Below are positions 1 to 10,071 of a stretch of DNA of 64,000 bases, one piece after another. Each line of letters begins with the position of its first letter. Position 1 is the stretch's first letter. Made by a program: the position numbers and the translations under genes. The notes beneath the pieces were generated by a model. It had not been told where the DNA came from and made no database searches. It saw only the letters and a list, made by a program, of their open reading frames with translations. The DNA comes from Bacilli bacterium (lineage in GTDB: Bacteria; Bacillota_I; Bacilli_A; ML615J-28; CAG-698), in NCBI GenBank assembly GCA_031553555.1, contig JAVBLL010000008.1:149202-213201 (forward strand), written 5' to 3'.

Positions 1-100
1 TAATATAAGAAAACCAATTAAAAAGTTCATGTTTTTTCGTTTTCCCATTCGTGCTGGAATAAAAAATGTTGAAATATAATTTAATATCTTCATAAACCAC

Positions 101-2920
101 CTATTCTATTTTTTCTATTTGTCCAGTATAATAACAATTTTTCAACCAATCTTTCATGCCATTATAACTGACTATTATTAAATTAAACATACTTGCTAAA
201 CGAATGACTTTATTGTAATCTAATGAATCTAGTTCACTAGGAATATAAATTCCCTCAACTAAGCCTGAACTGAAATTATATGCATCAATACTATCAATCA
301 TTTTCATATGAATATACAGTTTTACCTTTAATTCTCGTAATTTCTCTAATATCAATGGTAACGAGGCATCATTATGAGAAATTATGAAACGTATATTACT
401 GAATCTTTCTATATCATTGTTATCAATTATTTCTTTAATTACTTTTGCTGACAATTCGATAAAACAATTACCTTTAATCTGTTTTTTCAGGAATTCATTA
501 ATAAAATATCGATCAAATTTTTCCAAAATCTCATTTTCCAAATAATCACGAGGGTTTTCTTTATCTGAAATGCCATTCACAATGGCTTTTATTCCCATCC
601 ATGTTCGATCATCATAACCGCGGTATATATACGCACCAATGTTTAATTTTGTATTGTCATTAATTATATTAATAATGGCATTACTAACTGAGATTTTTTT
701 GATATAATCTTTATATATTTGATCAGTAAAATATTGTTCACCAGTATCTAAACAAACTTTAGATATTTTTACTAGTTCGTCAATGTCCATAATATCACGG
801 GGATATCTTACAATCGAAACACGCTTGACAAAATTCTTTGTCAAACGCTCAAGAACTCGTTGATTTACTTCGTTTTCTAATATGATAACAAAAGTTCCAT
901 CATTCAAGTAATATGGTTCTACGCCGAAATCAGATTTTACATCTGCATATTCATCAATAGTACCACGAATCCTCACTAGAGAAAAACGAAATTCAATTGC
1001 TGATGCTTGCCTTTTTAATTCAATTATTTTTTTATTTAGGTCAGTCTCACTTAAAGCATAACCTAATGAATCATCATTAATTGGCATAATTGTTCCAATA
1101 TAAAACAAAATTTTCCCATCATTATCCTTATAGGCTATAATATTTTCTCTAATTGAAACTATTTCATTATTAATACTATATTTGTATTGAACATCATAAT
1201 TAACTGCTGAATTGATTGCATCATTATATTTATTAATATCTGCATGAGCAATATTTTTCTTATATTCATTGCGACTGATGGTATTATGTCGTAGCTTCAA
1301 CAATTTTTTTGTCATCTCAGATAAATAAATAATATTATTATTAATATAAACAAGTCCTAAATTGTAATTATCAACTAACATATTTATGGTATTTTGGTCA
1401 ATTATCATATTTCCTTGTATAAAAACATTAGTCAAAGCACTTTCTAATAGTTTTGTAGCAAATTTATATAAAACAGTATCATTTTGCGTCGTAATATCTG
1501 TTTCAAATGAAGAAAAAATCATAATCGCAAACATATCATCCTTATAAAAACAAGGAAATGCTGAAATATAATTTATTCCTTCGTCTTTATATAATTTATC
1601 ATTAAACACATGTTTTATCTTCAAATCTGATTGATGGAAGTCTATTGACATAGGCTTATTTTTTGATACCATCATTTCAACTATAGTTCCGCGCAAATTT
1701 TCATATCCGATAGTTTTTTCATATAAACGACTTTGTTTGAATCTTAAACACTGGATAAAACTATTCATTTGAAATTCGCGCTCTTCTATTTTATTAAATA
1801 GCACAAACGTCGCCTCATCAAAATTCAAGATTTGTTGCGTTTTCTTACAAAAGTCCATGATAACATCACGCAAACTATTATTATTTATCGCGACATTTAC
1901 TAGATTTGTTAGTGTATCGATTTTTCCAATAATATCATTAACTGATTTTTCAACAATATCATTTTTATCATCTTCAAAGTTTGCATTAATTATTTGTTGT
2001 TCATTAATCAGAATTTTTTGTTCAAGATCATCAACTTCTTTTAGAGTAGTTGCTATGCCATTATTATCATTTTTTGCAAGAAAATATTTTACTCTATTTT
2101 TATAAAATTGATGTTTTATTAATAAATCGTCACTTGCATTAATAAATAAAAATATTTTATTCATCAACAATGAGGCTCTATCAAGCAAATCCATAGTAAT
2201 CAATAACTCTAAATAATCATTCACAATTGTGAGTGTCATGGAGTCAATACTTTCTTTATTAAAAATATTGTCATATATTTTTAGAGCATCTTTGTTTTTA
2301 CCATCTAATACACATATTTTAGCAAGCAAATAATCACAATATATTTCGCCTTCATGATCATTATTCAATATCAAGCATTGGTTTAAAGAAATTTTTGCGG
2401 CCTCAATATCTTTTTGATCAATATAAATTTTCGTCAAATTATTTAAGACATGAGGTTTTATATCAATACTTGGATTATTTTTTAATATTATTTTTAAACA
2501 GGCTTCTGCCTTATCTAATTGTCCAATTTCCGCATATATATGAGATATTTCTAGATGCCATCTATTCATCGAAACGGAATCATCTTTATCAATATATAAT
2601 TCTTTTTCTCTAGCATATCTCAGGGCAACTTGATAGTTTCGTTTAGTAATATAAATATAGATTAAACGGTCAAGTAAAGATATATAAATTTTTTGAAAAA
2701 CACTTTTGTCAACATTGCGAATATCTTTCAAAATTATATTCAATGCTTCTTCAAAATTTCCATGTTCTATATATATATCTGAAATTAAGATATTACACAA
2801 ATACATATATTCTTGATTATCTTCTAATATACAATTATCTTTTAATATATTAACTTCATCAATTAAAGAAAACTTATAGTCTTTATAAGATAATTCTAGA
2901 TATTTCTCTCTAATATTCAT
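101..2920 (-). CDS. TPR-repeat regulatory protein with GAF-like segment and degenerate GGDEF-like/EAL-like C-terminal domains (probable non-catalytic c-di-GMP-related sensor)
   Basis: 957-aa ORF. Likely start is the internal Met (MNIREKYLELS) preceded by a GAAGGAA RBS. The N-terminal ~270 aa are TPR-like helical repeats. The middle has a GGDEF-like block with NDGTF replacing GGDEF (…LNDGTFVIILENEVNQRVLERL…). The C-terminus follows the EAL-domain layout but lacks the EAL and DDFGTGYSS motifs (…SIDAYNFSSGL… IIVSYNGMKDWLKNCYYTGQ). Confidence 0.45.
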   Translation of the reverse strand: MNIREKYLELSYKDYKFSLIDEVNILKDNCILEDNQEYMYLCNILISDIYIEHGNFEEALNIILKDIRNVDKSVFQKIYISLLDRLIYIYITKRNYQVALRYAREKELYIDKDDSVSMNRWHLEISHIYAEIGQLDKAEACLKIILKNNPSIDIKPHVLNNLTKIYIDQKDIEAAKISLNQCLILNNDHEGEIYCDYLLAKICVLDGKNKDALKIYDNIFNKESIDSMTLTIVNDYLELLITMDLLDRASLLMNKIFLFINASDDLLIKHQFYKNRVKYFLAKNDNNGIATTLKEVDDLEQKILINEQQIINANFEDDKNDIVEKSVNDIIGKIDTLTNLVNVAINNNSLRDVIMDFCKKTQQILNFDEATFVLFNKIEEREFQMNSFIQCLRFKQSRLYEKTIGYENLRGTIVEMMVSKNKPMSIDFHQSDLKIKHVFNDKLYKDEGINYISAFPCFYKDDMFAIMIFSSFETDITTQNDTVLYKFATKLLESALTNVFIQGNMIIDQNTINMLVDNYNLGLVYINNNIIYLSEMTKKLLKLRHNTISRNEYKKNIAHADINKYNDAINSAVNYDVQYKYSINNEIVSIRENIIAYKDNDGKILFYIGTIMPINDDSLGYALSETDLNKKIIELKRQASAIEFRFSLVRIRGTIDEYADVKSDFGVEPYYLNDGTFVIILENEVNQRVLERLTKNFVKRVSIVRYPRDIMDIDELVKISKVCLDTGEQYFTDQIYKDYIKKISVSNAIINIINDNTKLNIGAYIYRGYDDRTWMGIKAIVNGISDKENPRDYLENEILEKFDRYFINEFLKKQIKGNCFIELSAKVIKEIIDNNDIERFSNIRFIISHNDASLPLILEKLRELKVKLYIHMKMIDSIDAYNFSSGLVEGIYIPSELDSLDYNKVIRLASMFNLIIVSYNGMKDWLKNCYYTGQIEKIE

Positions 2921-3033
2921 AATAATTCCTTCTTTCTTTATAATTATACCATAACTGACCTTAAAAGTTAACAAAAATTTGTATTATAATAAGTAGTTTG
3001 TAAAAATAAAGAAATCGGCGAGTTCCGATTTCT

Positions 3034-3915
3034 TTATGTGACATTTGGTAAAACTATAGTATAAACTAATATTTTATTTCCTGCATCAAGCGTTTCAGTA
3101 AAAATCAATTTTTGATTTCTACGTGCATCAAGCGGTGAAGCGAAAATTAAACAGCCTTTTCTAGAACTATTTGGCTCTAAAGAAATACCATATAAAATAT
3201 CTATTTCATTTTTGAAAAACATTTCACTAGAAAATGAAGTATCATAAAAATAAATCATTGATCCATTATTGCTTGTTTGCGTCATTAATTTATTTGCATA
3301 CTTAAATTGTTCAGGAAAAATGGTTATGGCTGTTTCATCTTTATTTGCCATTTCAATTTCTATAACTAAATATGTTAATCCGCTACTAGGTTCAAAAGCG
3401 CCAATATTCCCAGGATAATTCACTGAATTAACTTGTAATTGTATTTTTTTAGCTGTATTCACCTTATCTCCAATTGCATATGTTTTTTTTTCAAATTTGC
3501 TTATGAGAAATGGAATACCAATAATCAAAATTAACAATAAAATAATTATAGTTGCATACGTTCTTTTTTTTATTTTTTTATTAAATAATTTTTCTGCTTT
3601 TATATTTTGCTGTAAATATTCATTTTCTTTATCAAGAATGACTTCGCTATCCATATTTGTCAACTCATTATGCACAATTTCATCTGTATTAGTTAATTCT
3701 ATATCTCTTCTATTTTCTGAATTAATTAAGGAATCCAGGGTTACATTAAAATATTTTGCTATCGAAACCAGTTTTTCAGTTTCCGGAAAAGTTGTGTTTG
3801 TTTCCCATTTTGATACTGATTGTCTACTAACTTGAAAAATATCAGCTAAATCTTCTTGCGTTAATCCCTTTTCTTTCCGTAGTTTAATTAAAATTTCACC
3901 AAAACTATTCATATT
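3034..3915 (-). CDS. XRE-family HTH transcriptional regulator, membrane-anchored, with DUF4352-like extracytoplasmic C-terminal domain
   Basis: N-terminal HTH_3 motif (LRKEKGLTQEDLADIFQVSRQSVSKWE) when started at internal Met MNSFGEIL, followed by one TM helix (ATIIILLLILIIGIPFLI) and a C-terminal beta-rich domain. Confidence 0.6.
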   Translation of the reverse strand, partial: NMNSFGEILIKLRKEKGLTQEDLADIFQVSRQSVSKWETNTTFPETEKLVSIAKYFNVTLDSLINSENRRDIELTNTDEIVHNELTNMDSEVILDKENEYLQQNIKAEKLFNKKIKKRTYATIIILLLILIIGIPFLISKFEKKTYAIGDKVNTAKKIQLQVNSVNYPGNIGAFEPSSGLTYLVIEIEMANKDETAITIFPEQFKYANKLMTQTSNNGSMIYFYDTSFSSEMFFKNEIDILYGISLEPNSSRKGCLIFASPLDARRNQKLIFTETLDAGNKILVYTIVLPNVT

Positions 3916-4087
3916 TATCACCTCACAATTATTATATATTTTTTTATAAATAAACAACACCAACTTTAGGTTGACATTTTGTCGCTTTTAAGTTGCGTTT
4001 CTATTTTTTCCACGTTTTGCTCTTCCTATGATTTTTTTCTTTCTGCTCATCCACTAGAAACTATAGTAGTATTATAACATAATAAAA

Positions 4088-4130
4088 AAGTATTAGTAGA
4101 TACTAAAAAACATTAGTATCTACTAGTACT
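4088..4130 (-). terminator. Intrinsic terminator of the apt-relA-dtd operon (perfect 13-bp inverted repeat plus U-tract on minus strand)
   Basis: TAGTAGATACTAA-aaaaca-TTAGTATCTACTA palindrome 35 nt downstream of the dtd stop. On the minus strand the hairpin is followed by TTTTTTATT. Confidence 0.4.
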
Positions 4131-4163
4131 TTATCATTTCATTTACGCTATTGATTTTTTATA

Positions 4164-4601
4164 TTAAAACTCCAAAATAATAGTTACTGGGCCATTATTT
4201 ATTAATTCTATTTCCATATGAGCACCAAATATGCCTTCTGCAACATTAATATTATTGTTTCTCAATTCTTTATTAAATTCATTATATAATATTTTTGCTT
4301 GATCAGGATTCATAGCGCTAGTAAACGATGGACGATTACCTTCACTTGTATTTGCATATAAAGTAAATTGAGAAATCGATAAGATGCTTCCATTTACTTG
4401 ATTGATATTTAAATTCATTTTATTGTTATCATCTTCAAAAATCCGCAAATTTAGAATTTTTTTTACTGATAATTGAATTTGTTTTAATGAATCATTATGA
4501 GTAAATCCAACCAATAACAAAAAGCCCATTCCTATATCACCAACGTTTTGATTATCTACTATACATTTTGCCATTTTAACTCTTTGTACTATTACTTTCA
4601 T
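4164..4601 (-). CDS. dtd: D-aminoacyl-tRNA deacylase
   Basis: 145 aa, MKVIVQRV…SGPVTIILEF pattern typical of Dtd. Overlaps the relA stop by 4 nt, as in the conserved apt-relA-dtd arrangement. Confidence 0.85.
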   Translation of the reverse strand: MKVIVQRVKMAKCIVDNQNVGDIGMGFLLLVGFTHNDSLKQIQLSVKKILNLRIFEDDNNKMNLNINQVNGSILSISQFTLYANTSEGNRPSFTSAMNPDQAKILYNEFNKELRNNNINVAEGIFGAHMEIELINNGPVTIILEF

Positions 4602-6784
4602 CGCATAATCCTTTCAATTGAATAAATATCATTGATTTTTTGTAAATTAGCAATGGCTTTATCTAAAACATCTACGTTCTTAACTAAAATTTTTATTTTA
4701 GTTAGAATCTCCCCTGTTTTATTCTTCAATGAATTAATAGACACAATTGATAGTGAATTACTATTTAAAGTATTAATGATATCAACAACAATGCTTTTTC
4801 TATCATAAGAATTGATTGTTAAAATAGTTTCAAATTGTTTGTTTTCATTTGGTGTATCCCAAAACACATTAATAACACGATCATAATTAATATTTTTCAC
4901 ATTAACACATTCAAAACGATGAACTATGATTCCTGAACCTTTTGAAACATAACCAATTATAGTGTCACCACGAACAGGATGACAACAATTGGCCAATTTA
5001 ATTTGCGCCCTATCTATACCTTCAACCGCTACTCCACAACTATTAACTTGTTTATGTTGTGCAAGTTTGCTTTCATTGTCTGCATATTGTTTCATTAATA
5101 TCTCTTCATCTGTTTCAACAGTGCCAAATAATTTATTTATGGCACCACGAACTGACAAAGAACCTTTACCCATTTCATAGTAAAAATCTTCAATACTATT
5201 AACAGAATATTTTGAGAAAGCATCAGTTACCATTTTGTCATTGATTTTTTCATCAATAGCTTCACTTTTCATCATAGCATCAAAATCTTGTTGACCTTTT
5301 TCAACCATTGCATCGCGTTTACGTTTATTCAATATAGCGTTAATTTTATGTTTAGCATGAGTGGTCTTAACAATTTTTACCCAATGCTCTGTGGGGCCAT
5401 TAAAGCTTTTGGACGTTTTTATTTCAACAACATCACTTGTTCTTAATTTATAAGTCAATGGAACTATTTTTCCATTTACAATTGCCCCAACAGTATGATT
5501 ACCAACTTCAGTATGTATTCGATATGCAAAATCTAATGGTGTCGCACCATTTGGAAGATCAATGACATCTCCTTTGGGTGTAAAAATATAAACATTAGCC
5601 GAAAAAATATCATCTCTAATGTTTTCAAGAGGATCTTTGCCCTCTTCCTCCGCATTTTCAATATAGGTCATCATATCTTTATACCATTTAAGTTTTTCAG
5701 CAAGCTCAGCTTGTTCTTTTTCAGGCGTATAGCCTATATTTTCTTCCTTATATGCCCAGTGTGCTGCAATACCAATTTCAGCGATTGCATCCATATCATA
5801 TGTTCGTATTTGAATTTCATAAATCTTTCCCTTCATACCAACTACAGTAGTATGGAGCGATTGATAAAGATTAGGTTTTGGAGTAGCAATATAATCCTTG
5901 AAACGCATTGGAATTGGTGCCCATTCAGAATGAACTAATCCTAAAACATGATAACAATCTTCAATAGATGGAACTAGAATTCTAAGTGCTAATAAATCAT
6001 AAATTTCCTCAAACTCTAGATTTTTAGTTTGCATTTTCTTACACACACTATAAATATTTTTTACTCGCCCCCTAATTTCATATTTCATTATTCCATTTGA
6101 TAATAAAACATTTTTTAAAGTGGCTTTCATTTTAGAAATATCTTCTTCTCTGGCAGCACGTTGACGTTTAATCATACTTAAGACACGTTGATATTCTAAT
6201 GGTTCAATGAATTTATAACTTAAATCCTCAAGTTCTGCTTTAACTCGATACATACCTAAGCGATGTGCTAAAGGTGCATATAAATCCAGAGTTTCTTGAG
6301 CTATCATCTTTTGTTTTTCAGGTGGTTGATATTGCAAAGTTCGCATATTATGAACTCGATCTAACAATTTCACAAGTATAACACGTATATCCTTGGCCAT
6401 CGCCAACAAAATTTTTTGATGTGTTTTTGCTAATACCTTTTCTTTAGTCATATATTTCAATTGACTAATTTTTGTAACACCATCAACAATGGAAGCAACA
6501 TCATCGCCAAAATGGCCCCTAAGGACATCTAAAGTATAGTCAGTATCCTCAACAATATCATGCAGCAATCCAGCTGCAATAGTTGATGGCCCCGCTTGTA
6601 TATTGGCTAACATATAAGCAACCGATAACGGATGATTAATATATGGTTCACCCGATTTGCGAACTTGTCCACGGTGCTTTTCTTCAGCAATCTTGTAGGC
6701 TTCCATTATCAAATTAATATTTTTTTCATTATGCAAATATCTTGATGCTGATGAAATCACCATTTCAATTGTAACAATTTCCAT
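4598..6784 (-). CDS. relA: Bifunctional (p)ppGpp synthetase/hydrolase RelA/SpoT (Rel)
   Basis: 728 aa with HD hydrolase motif (HRGQVRKSGEPYINHPLSVA… HDIVEDT), synthetase domain, TGS and ACT regions. Located between apt and dtd. Confidence 0.9.
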   Translation of the reverse strand: MEIVTIEMVISSASRYLHNEKNINLIMEAYKIAEEKHRGQVRKSGEPYINHPLSVAYMLANIQAGPSTIAAGLLHDIVEDTDYTLDVLRGHFGDDVASIVDGVTKISQLKYMTKEKVLAKTHQKILLAMAKDIRVILVKLLDRVHNMRTLQYQPPEKQKMIAQETLDLYAPLAHRLGMYRVKAELEDLSYKFIEPLEYQRVLSMIKRQRAAREEDISKMKATLKNVLLSNGIMKYEIRGRVKNIYSVCKKMQTKNLEFEEIYDLLALRILVPSIEDCYHVLGLVHSEWAPIPMRFKDYIATPKPNLYQSLHTTVVGMKGKIYEIQIRTYDMDAIAEIGIAAHWAYKEENIGYTPEKEQAELAEKLKWYKDMMTYIENAEEEGKDPLENIRDDIFSANVYIFTPKGDVIDLPNGATPLDFAYRIHTEVGNHTVGAIVNGKIVPLTYKLRTSDVVEIKTSKSFNGPTEHWVKIVKTTHAKHKINAILNKRKRDAMVEKGQQDFDAMMKSEAIDEKINDKMVTDAFSKYSVNSIEDFYYEMGKGSLSVRGAINKLFGTVETDEEILMKQYADNESKLAQHKQVNSCGVAVEGIDRAQIKLANCCHPVRGDTIIGYVSKGSGIIVHRFECVNVKNINYDRVINVFWDTPNENKQFETILTINSYDRKSIVVDIINTLNSNSLSIVSINSLKNKTGEILTKIKILVKNVDVLDKAIANLQKINDIYSIERIMR

Positions 6785-6808
6785 ATTTACCTCATTTATC
6801 TATTCTTA

Positions 6809-7327
6809 TTAAAATTGCATTAATGTTTTAATACTATATTTTTCTAATACATCACGCCCATTTAAATCACTTAATTCGATTAAAAAACATAATCCTACCA
6901 CTATTCCACCAAGTTTCTCAATCATTTGGATGGCTGCGTTGATTGTTCCACCAGTTGCCAATAAATCATCAACAAGGACCACCCTTTGTCCTTTAGAAAT
7001 AGCATCTTTATGTATGCACAAGCAATTCTTACCATATTCTAGTTCGTAAGCAAATTCAATAGTTTCTCTAGGTAGTTTATTAGGTTTTCTAATTGGTACA
7101 AAGCCAATTTCTAAATTGCTTGCAATTGGGCAACCAAATATGAACCCTCTAGACTCAGGACCGGCAATAACTTCTGCTTTTACTTCACGAGCAAAATCTG
7201 TCAACTCGTCACAAGCTGCTTTAAACACTTGACCATTTGCCATTAATGGTGTGATGTCGCGAAACACAATGCCATCAACTGGAAAATCTTTTACTGCTGC
7301 AATGTAATTTTTATAATCATATTTCAT
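6809..7327 (-). CDS. apt: Adenine phosphoribosyltransferase
   Basis: 172 aa with PRPP-binding motif VVLVDDLLATGGT. Conserved synteny with relA. Confidence 0.9.
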   Translation of the reverse strand: MKYDYKNYIAAVKDFPVDGIVFRDITPLMANGQVFKAACDELTDFAREVKAEVIAGPESRGFIFGCPIASNLEIGFVPIRKPNKLPRETIEFAYELEYGKNCLCIHKDAISKGQRVVLVDDLLATGGTINAAIQMIEKLGGIVVGLCFLIELSDLNGRDVLEKYSIKTLMQF

Positions 7328-7475
7328 AGTTTACCCTCCATTTGTAAATAATAAATTTAATCTAATCATTATATGTATAATTATATCAAAAAATCAATAA
7401 TAAATACATATATTTTCGAAAAAAGAATAAATAACATATTATTATCATAATCTTTTATATGCAAGGAGAATTGTA

Positions 7476-8906
7476 ATGAAATCCAAAAAAAATATTTTAA
7501 TTAAAAATGCTCTTTTTATATTAATTACTAGTATGTTGATCCGGATAATAGGTTTAGTAAATCGTATTATATTAACTAGAACATTAGGTCAGCAAGGTAT
7601 ATCTATATATACAATCATAATGCCCACAATCATGCTTTTTTTATCTTTAGGCGTATTTTCTATAAATACTGCAATGACAAAAGTAGTTGCCAAAAACCCT
7701 GGAATTAAAACAATTAAAAAAGGATTAACAATTGCAATTATCGCTTCAACAATATCTTCAATAATTTTATTAGTTATAGCTAGATACTTGACTCTATATT
7801 GGCTAAAACAACCAGCCGGTTATTTTCCTATTATTATATCAATTCCTCTAATATATTTAACAGCGATTAGTTCCGTGCTGCGTGGCTACTATAATGGCAT
7901 TCAAAAAATGAGCATTACGTCTATTGCTAATCTAATTGAACAAATTGCCAGAATTGCCTTTACTATTGCCATCTTTCAAATATACAATCAAAGAAGTCTT
8001 GTTTTTTTAGTAACATTATCCGTTCTTGCAATGAGTATTGGCGAAGTATTTTCCATATTGTTTACTATCAGTAGATTAAAAAAATATAAAACTAATGATA
8101 ATTCATCAACTAGTCGTGATTTGTTAAACATTGCTATACCAACTACAGCATCACAAATGATTAGTGGAGTGACTTTCTTTCTAGAACCAATTATCTATAC
8201 TTTTTCTTTAACGCTTCTTGGAATTGATAATAATCTTATATTGACCTCATATAGCGAAATCACCGCCTATGCTTTACCTTTAATAACCTTATTTTCCTTT
8301 ATCTCAATCACGATAGCAACAGTAATTATGCCAAACATTGCATCAGCTTCACCAAAACAAATAAAAGTATATATTGAGAAAATATTGTTTTTAACAAGTA
8401 TTCCCGCTTTAATAATTAGTATATTAATGTATAATTATGCAAATGAATATACATTTTTGTTATATAAAACGACAATTGGAGCGTCTTATGTAAAAAAGTA
8501 TGCGTTAATATTTTTAGTATTTTACTTTATCAGCCCACTTACAGCTATAATGCAAGCTACTGATAAATCTAAAAAACTCTTTATCTTTTCAACAATCATT
8601 CATATTATAAAGTTAATTCTAATATTTGCCCTTCCTTTTATAACAACTCATGCGTTAATATTATCATATTTAGTGACATATTATTTATATTTTATAATAA
8701 TTATTATATGTTTGAAGAAAAGCTACAAATTCGAATGGCAATATAAAAAATTTTTCACATTAATTTTAATTGGGGCATGTATGTTTTTTCTAGGGAAAAT
8801 ATTAATAGCAAGTAATATCAACTACTTGCTATCCAGTATTATTATATGTTTAACTTATTTAGGATTAGTTACTTTGTTCTTCTTTCGTATGCGACATAAT
8901 GAATAA
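7476..8906 (+). CDS. MOP-superfamily polysaccharide biosynthesis protein / flippase (Wzx/SpoVB/MurJ-like)
   Basis: 476 aa, ~12-14 predicted TM helices, hydrophobic throughout. Size and topology match PST-family exporters. Confidence 0.55.
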   Translation: MKSKKNILIKNALFILITSMLIRIIGLVNRIILTRTLGQQGISIYTIIMPTIMLFLSLGVFSINTAMTKVVAKNPGIKTIKKGLTIAIIASTISSIILLVIARYLTLYWLKQPAGYFPIIISIPLIYLTAISSVLRGYYNGIQKMSITSIANLIEQIARIAFTIAIFQIYNQRSLVFLVTLSVLAMSIGEVFSILFTISRLKKYKTNDNSSTSRDLLNIAIPTTASQMISGVTFFLEPIIYTFSLTLLGIDNNLILTSYSEITAYALPLITLFSFISITIATVIMPNIASASPKQIKVYIEKILFLTSIPALIISILMYNYANEYTFLLYKTTIGASYVKKYALIFLVFYFISPLTAIMQATDKSKKLFIFSTIIHIIKLILIFALPFITTHALILSYLVTYYLYFIIIIICLKKSYKFEWQYKKFFTLILIGACMFFLGKILIASNINYLLSSIIICLTYLGLVTLFFFRMRHNE

Positions 8907-9512
8907 ATCTTGATCTTCATATATTGCATACATTACATCTTTTAATTGATGACCCTTTAATCTCTTAATAATCCATTCTTCACTTAGTCCTAAAAGTTGT
9001 AAATTATCTTTGTTAATTTCACCACTTATAACAACCGGAAAAGGAGCTGATGGATTTTTTTCATATTCAAAAACACTAAGTTTACCATTTGTTTCTAAAA
9101 CAACATATCTGACCTCTGACAAACTACTAATACCTTGTAATCTAAGTTGCATAAGCAAGTCGTCAACATTATAATTTTGGCGTTTCATCTCTTTAATATT
9201 TAATTTGCCGTCGTATACTATGACAGATTGCTTACCGTCAAATATTCCTCGAAGTTTTGGAAATTTCATTAAAATGTATGCAAATACTTTTTGAACTACT
9301 GATAAAAGAACAATTGGTGCGATGTAATAATAAAAAGGTTCATCGGTTGATTCAATCCCAATTACTAAGATATCAGCAATTATTAAAATAATTGCAAAAT
9401 CCAGTAAACTTAACTGACCAACCTCCCTCTTTCCCATAAATTTTAAAGCAATTAAAACAACAAAATATGCCACTAGGGACTTCCAAATTATATTTATTAA
9501 CATATTATACAT
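8865..9512 (-). CDS. DUF421 (YetF-like) membrane protein
   Basis: Two N-terminal TM helices (INIIWKSLVAYFVVLIALKFMGKREVGQLSLLDFAIILIIADI) then a soluble C-terminal domain, typical of the DUF421/YetF family. Start placed at an internal Met to avoid overlapping the divergent neighbour. Confidence 0.5.
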   Translation of the reverse strand: MYNMLINIIWKSLVAYFVVLIALKFMGKREVGQLSLLDFAIILIIADILVIGIESTDEPFYYYIAPIVLLSVVQKVFAYILMKFPKLRGIFDGKQSVIVYDGKLNIKEMKRQNYNVDDLLMQLRLQGISSLSEVRYVVLETNGKLSVFEYEKNPSAPFPVVISGEINKDNLQLLGLSEEWIIKRLKGHQLKDVMYAIYEDQDLFIMSHTKEEQSN

Positions 9513-9536
9513 ACTCCTTTCATATATTATATTGGG

Positions 9537-9947
9537 ATGGTAAAAACGATGAAAAACAAAAATGCTGAACAAAAAAGCAAATTCAAAAAAACTCTTGGCG
9601 TTTATTTAATCTTTATATTTATTTTGTGCATCACTTGCATAATTTATGCACTATTAATTCGAAGTGGTAAAGCCCAAAGTTCTGGGAAAACATTTAATAT
9701 TGTCACGTTTATATTAGGAATCATTGATTTCCTCGTTCTTGGCTTATTAACCGGCATAGTTGCCAAAAAGAATGGTTTGGTTGAAGGATTAATTGCTGCA
9801 CTAATTATTATTCTCTTAGCTTTAATTGTCAATTTATTTGCACATATTCCGCTAGATACTCGCTTTTTCTTAAAAGGGTTAACTTATATTTTAGCATCAG
9901 CACTTGGTGGGGTAGTTGGTGTTAATATTGCAGCAAGAAAACATTAA
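9537..9947 (+). CDS. Small integral membrane protein (4 TM), function unknown
   Basis: 136 aa with four hydrophobic helices. Followed by a strong terminator. Confidence 0.4.
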   Translation: MVKTMKNKNAEQKSKFKKTLGVYLIFIFILCITCIIYALLIRSGKAQSSGKTFNIVTFILGIIDFLVLGLLTGIVAKKNGLVEGLIAALIIILLALIVNLFAHIPLDTRFFLKGLTYILASALGGVVGVNIAARKH

Positions 9948-9951
9948 TAAA

Positions 9952-10001
9952 AAATGATATTTCTATGTATTAAAAAATACAAAGAAATATCATTTTTTAT
10001 T
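9952..10001 (+). terminator. Rho-independent terminator
   Basis: AATGATATTTCT-17 nt loop-AGAAATATCATT perfect 12-bp stem followed by TTTTTATTT. Confidence 0.5.
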
Positions 10002-10071
10002 TATAATCGTCATTATTTACAAATGATTAATAATATGGTAAAATAGTAATTAACAAAATAGAGGTAAAAAT

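Noticed and set aside
1857-2613. Short plus-strand ORFs (82 aa, 72 aa) inside the 101-2974 gene
   Set aside because: Antisense to a long, coherent ORF; low-complexity hydrophobic translations typical of AT-rich reverse frames; no RBS.
3497-5938. ORFs 3497-3835, 4989-5180, 5711-5938 on the plus strand
   Set aside because: Fully embedded antisense within the XRE regulator and relA genes; no independent support.
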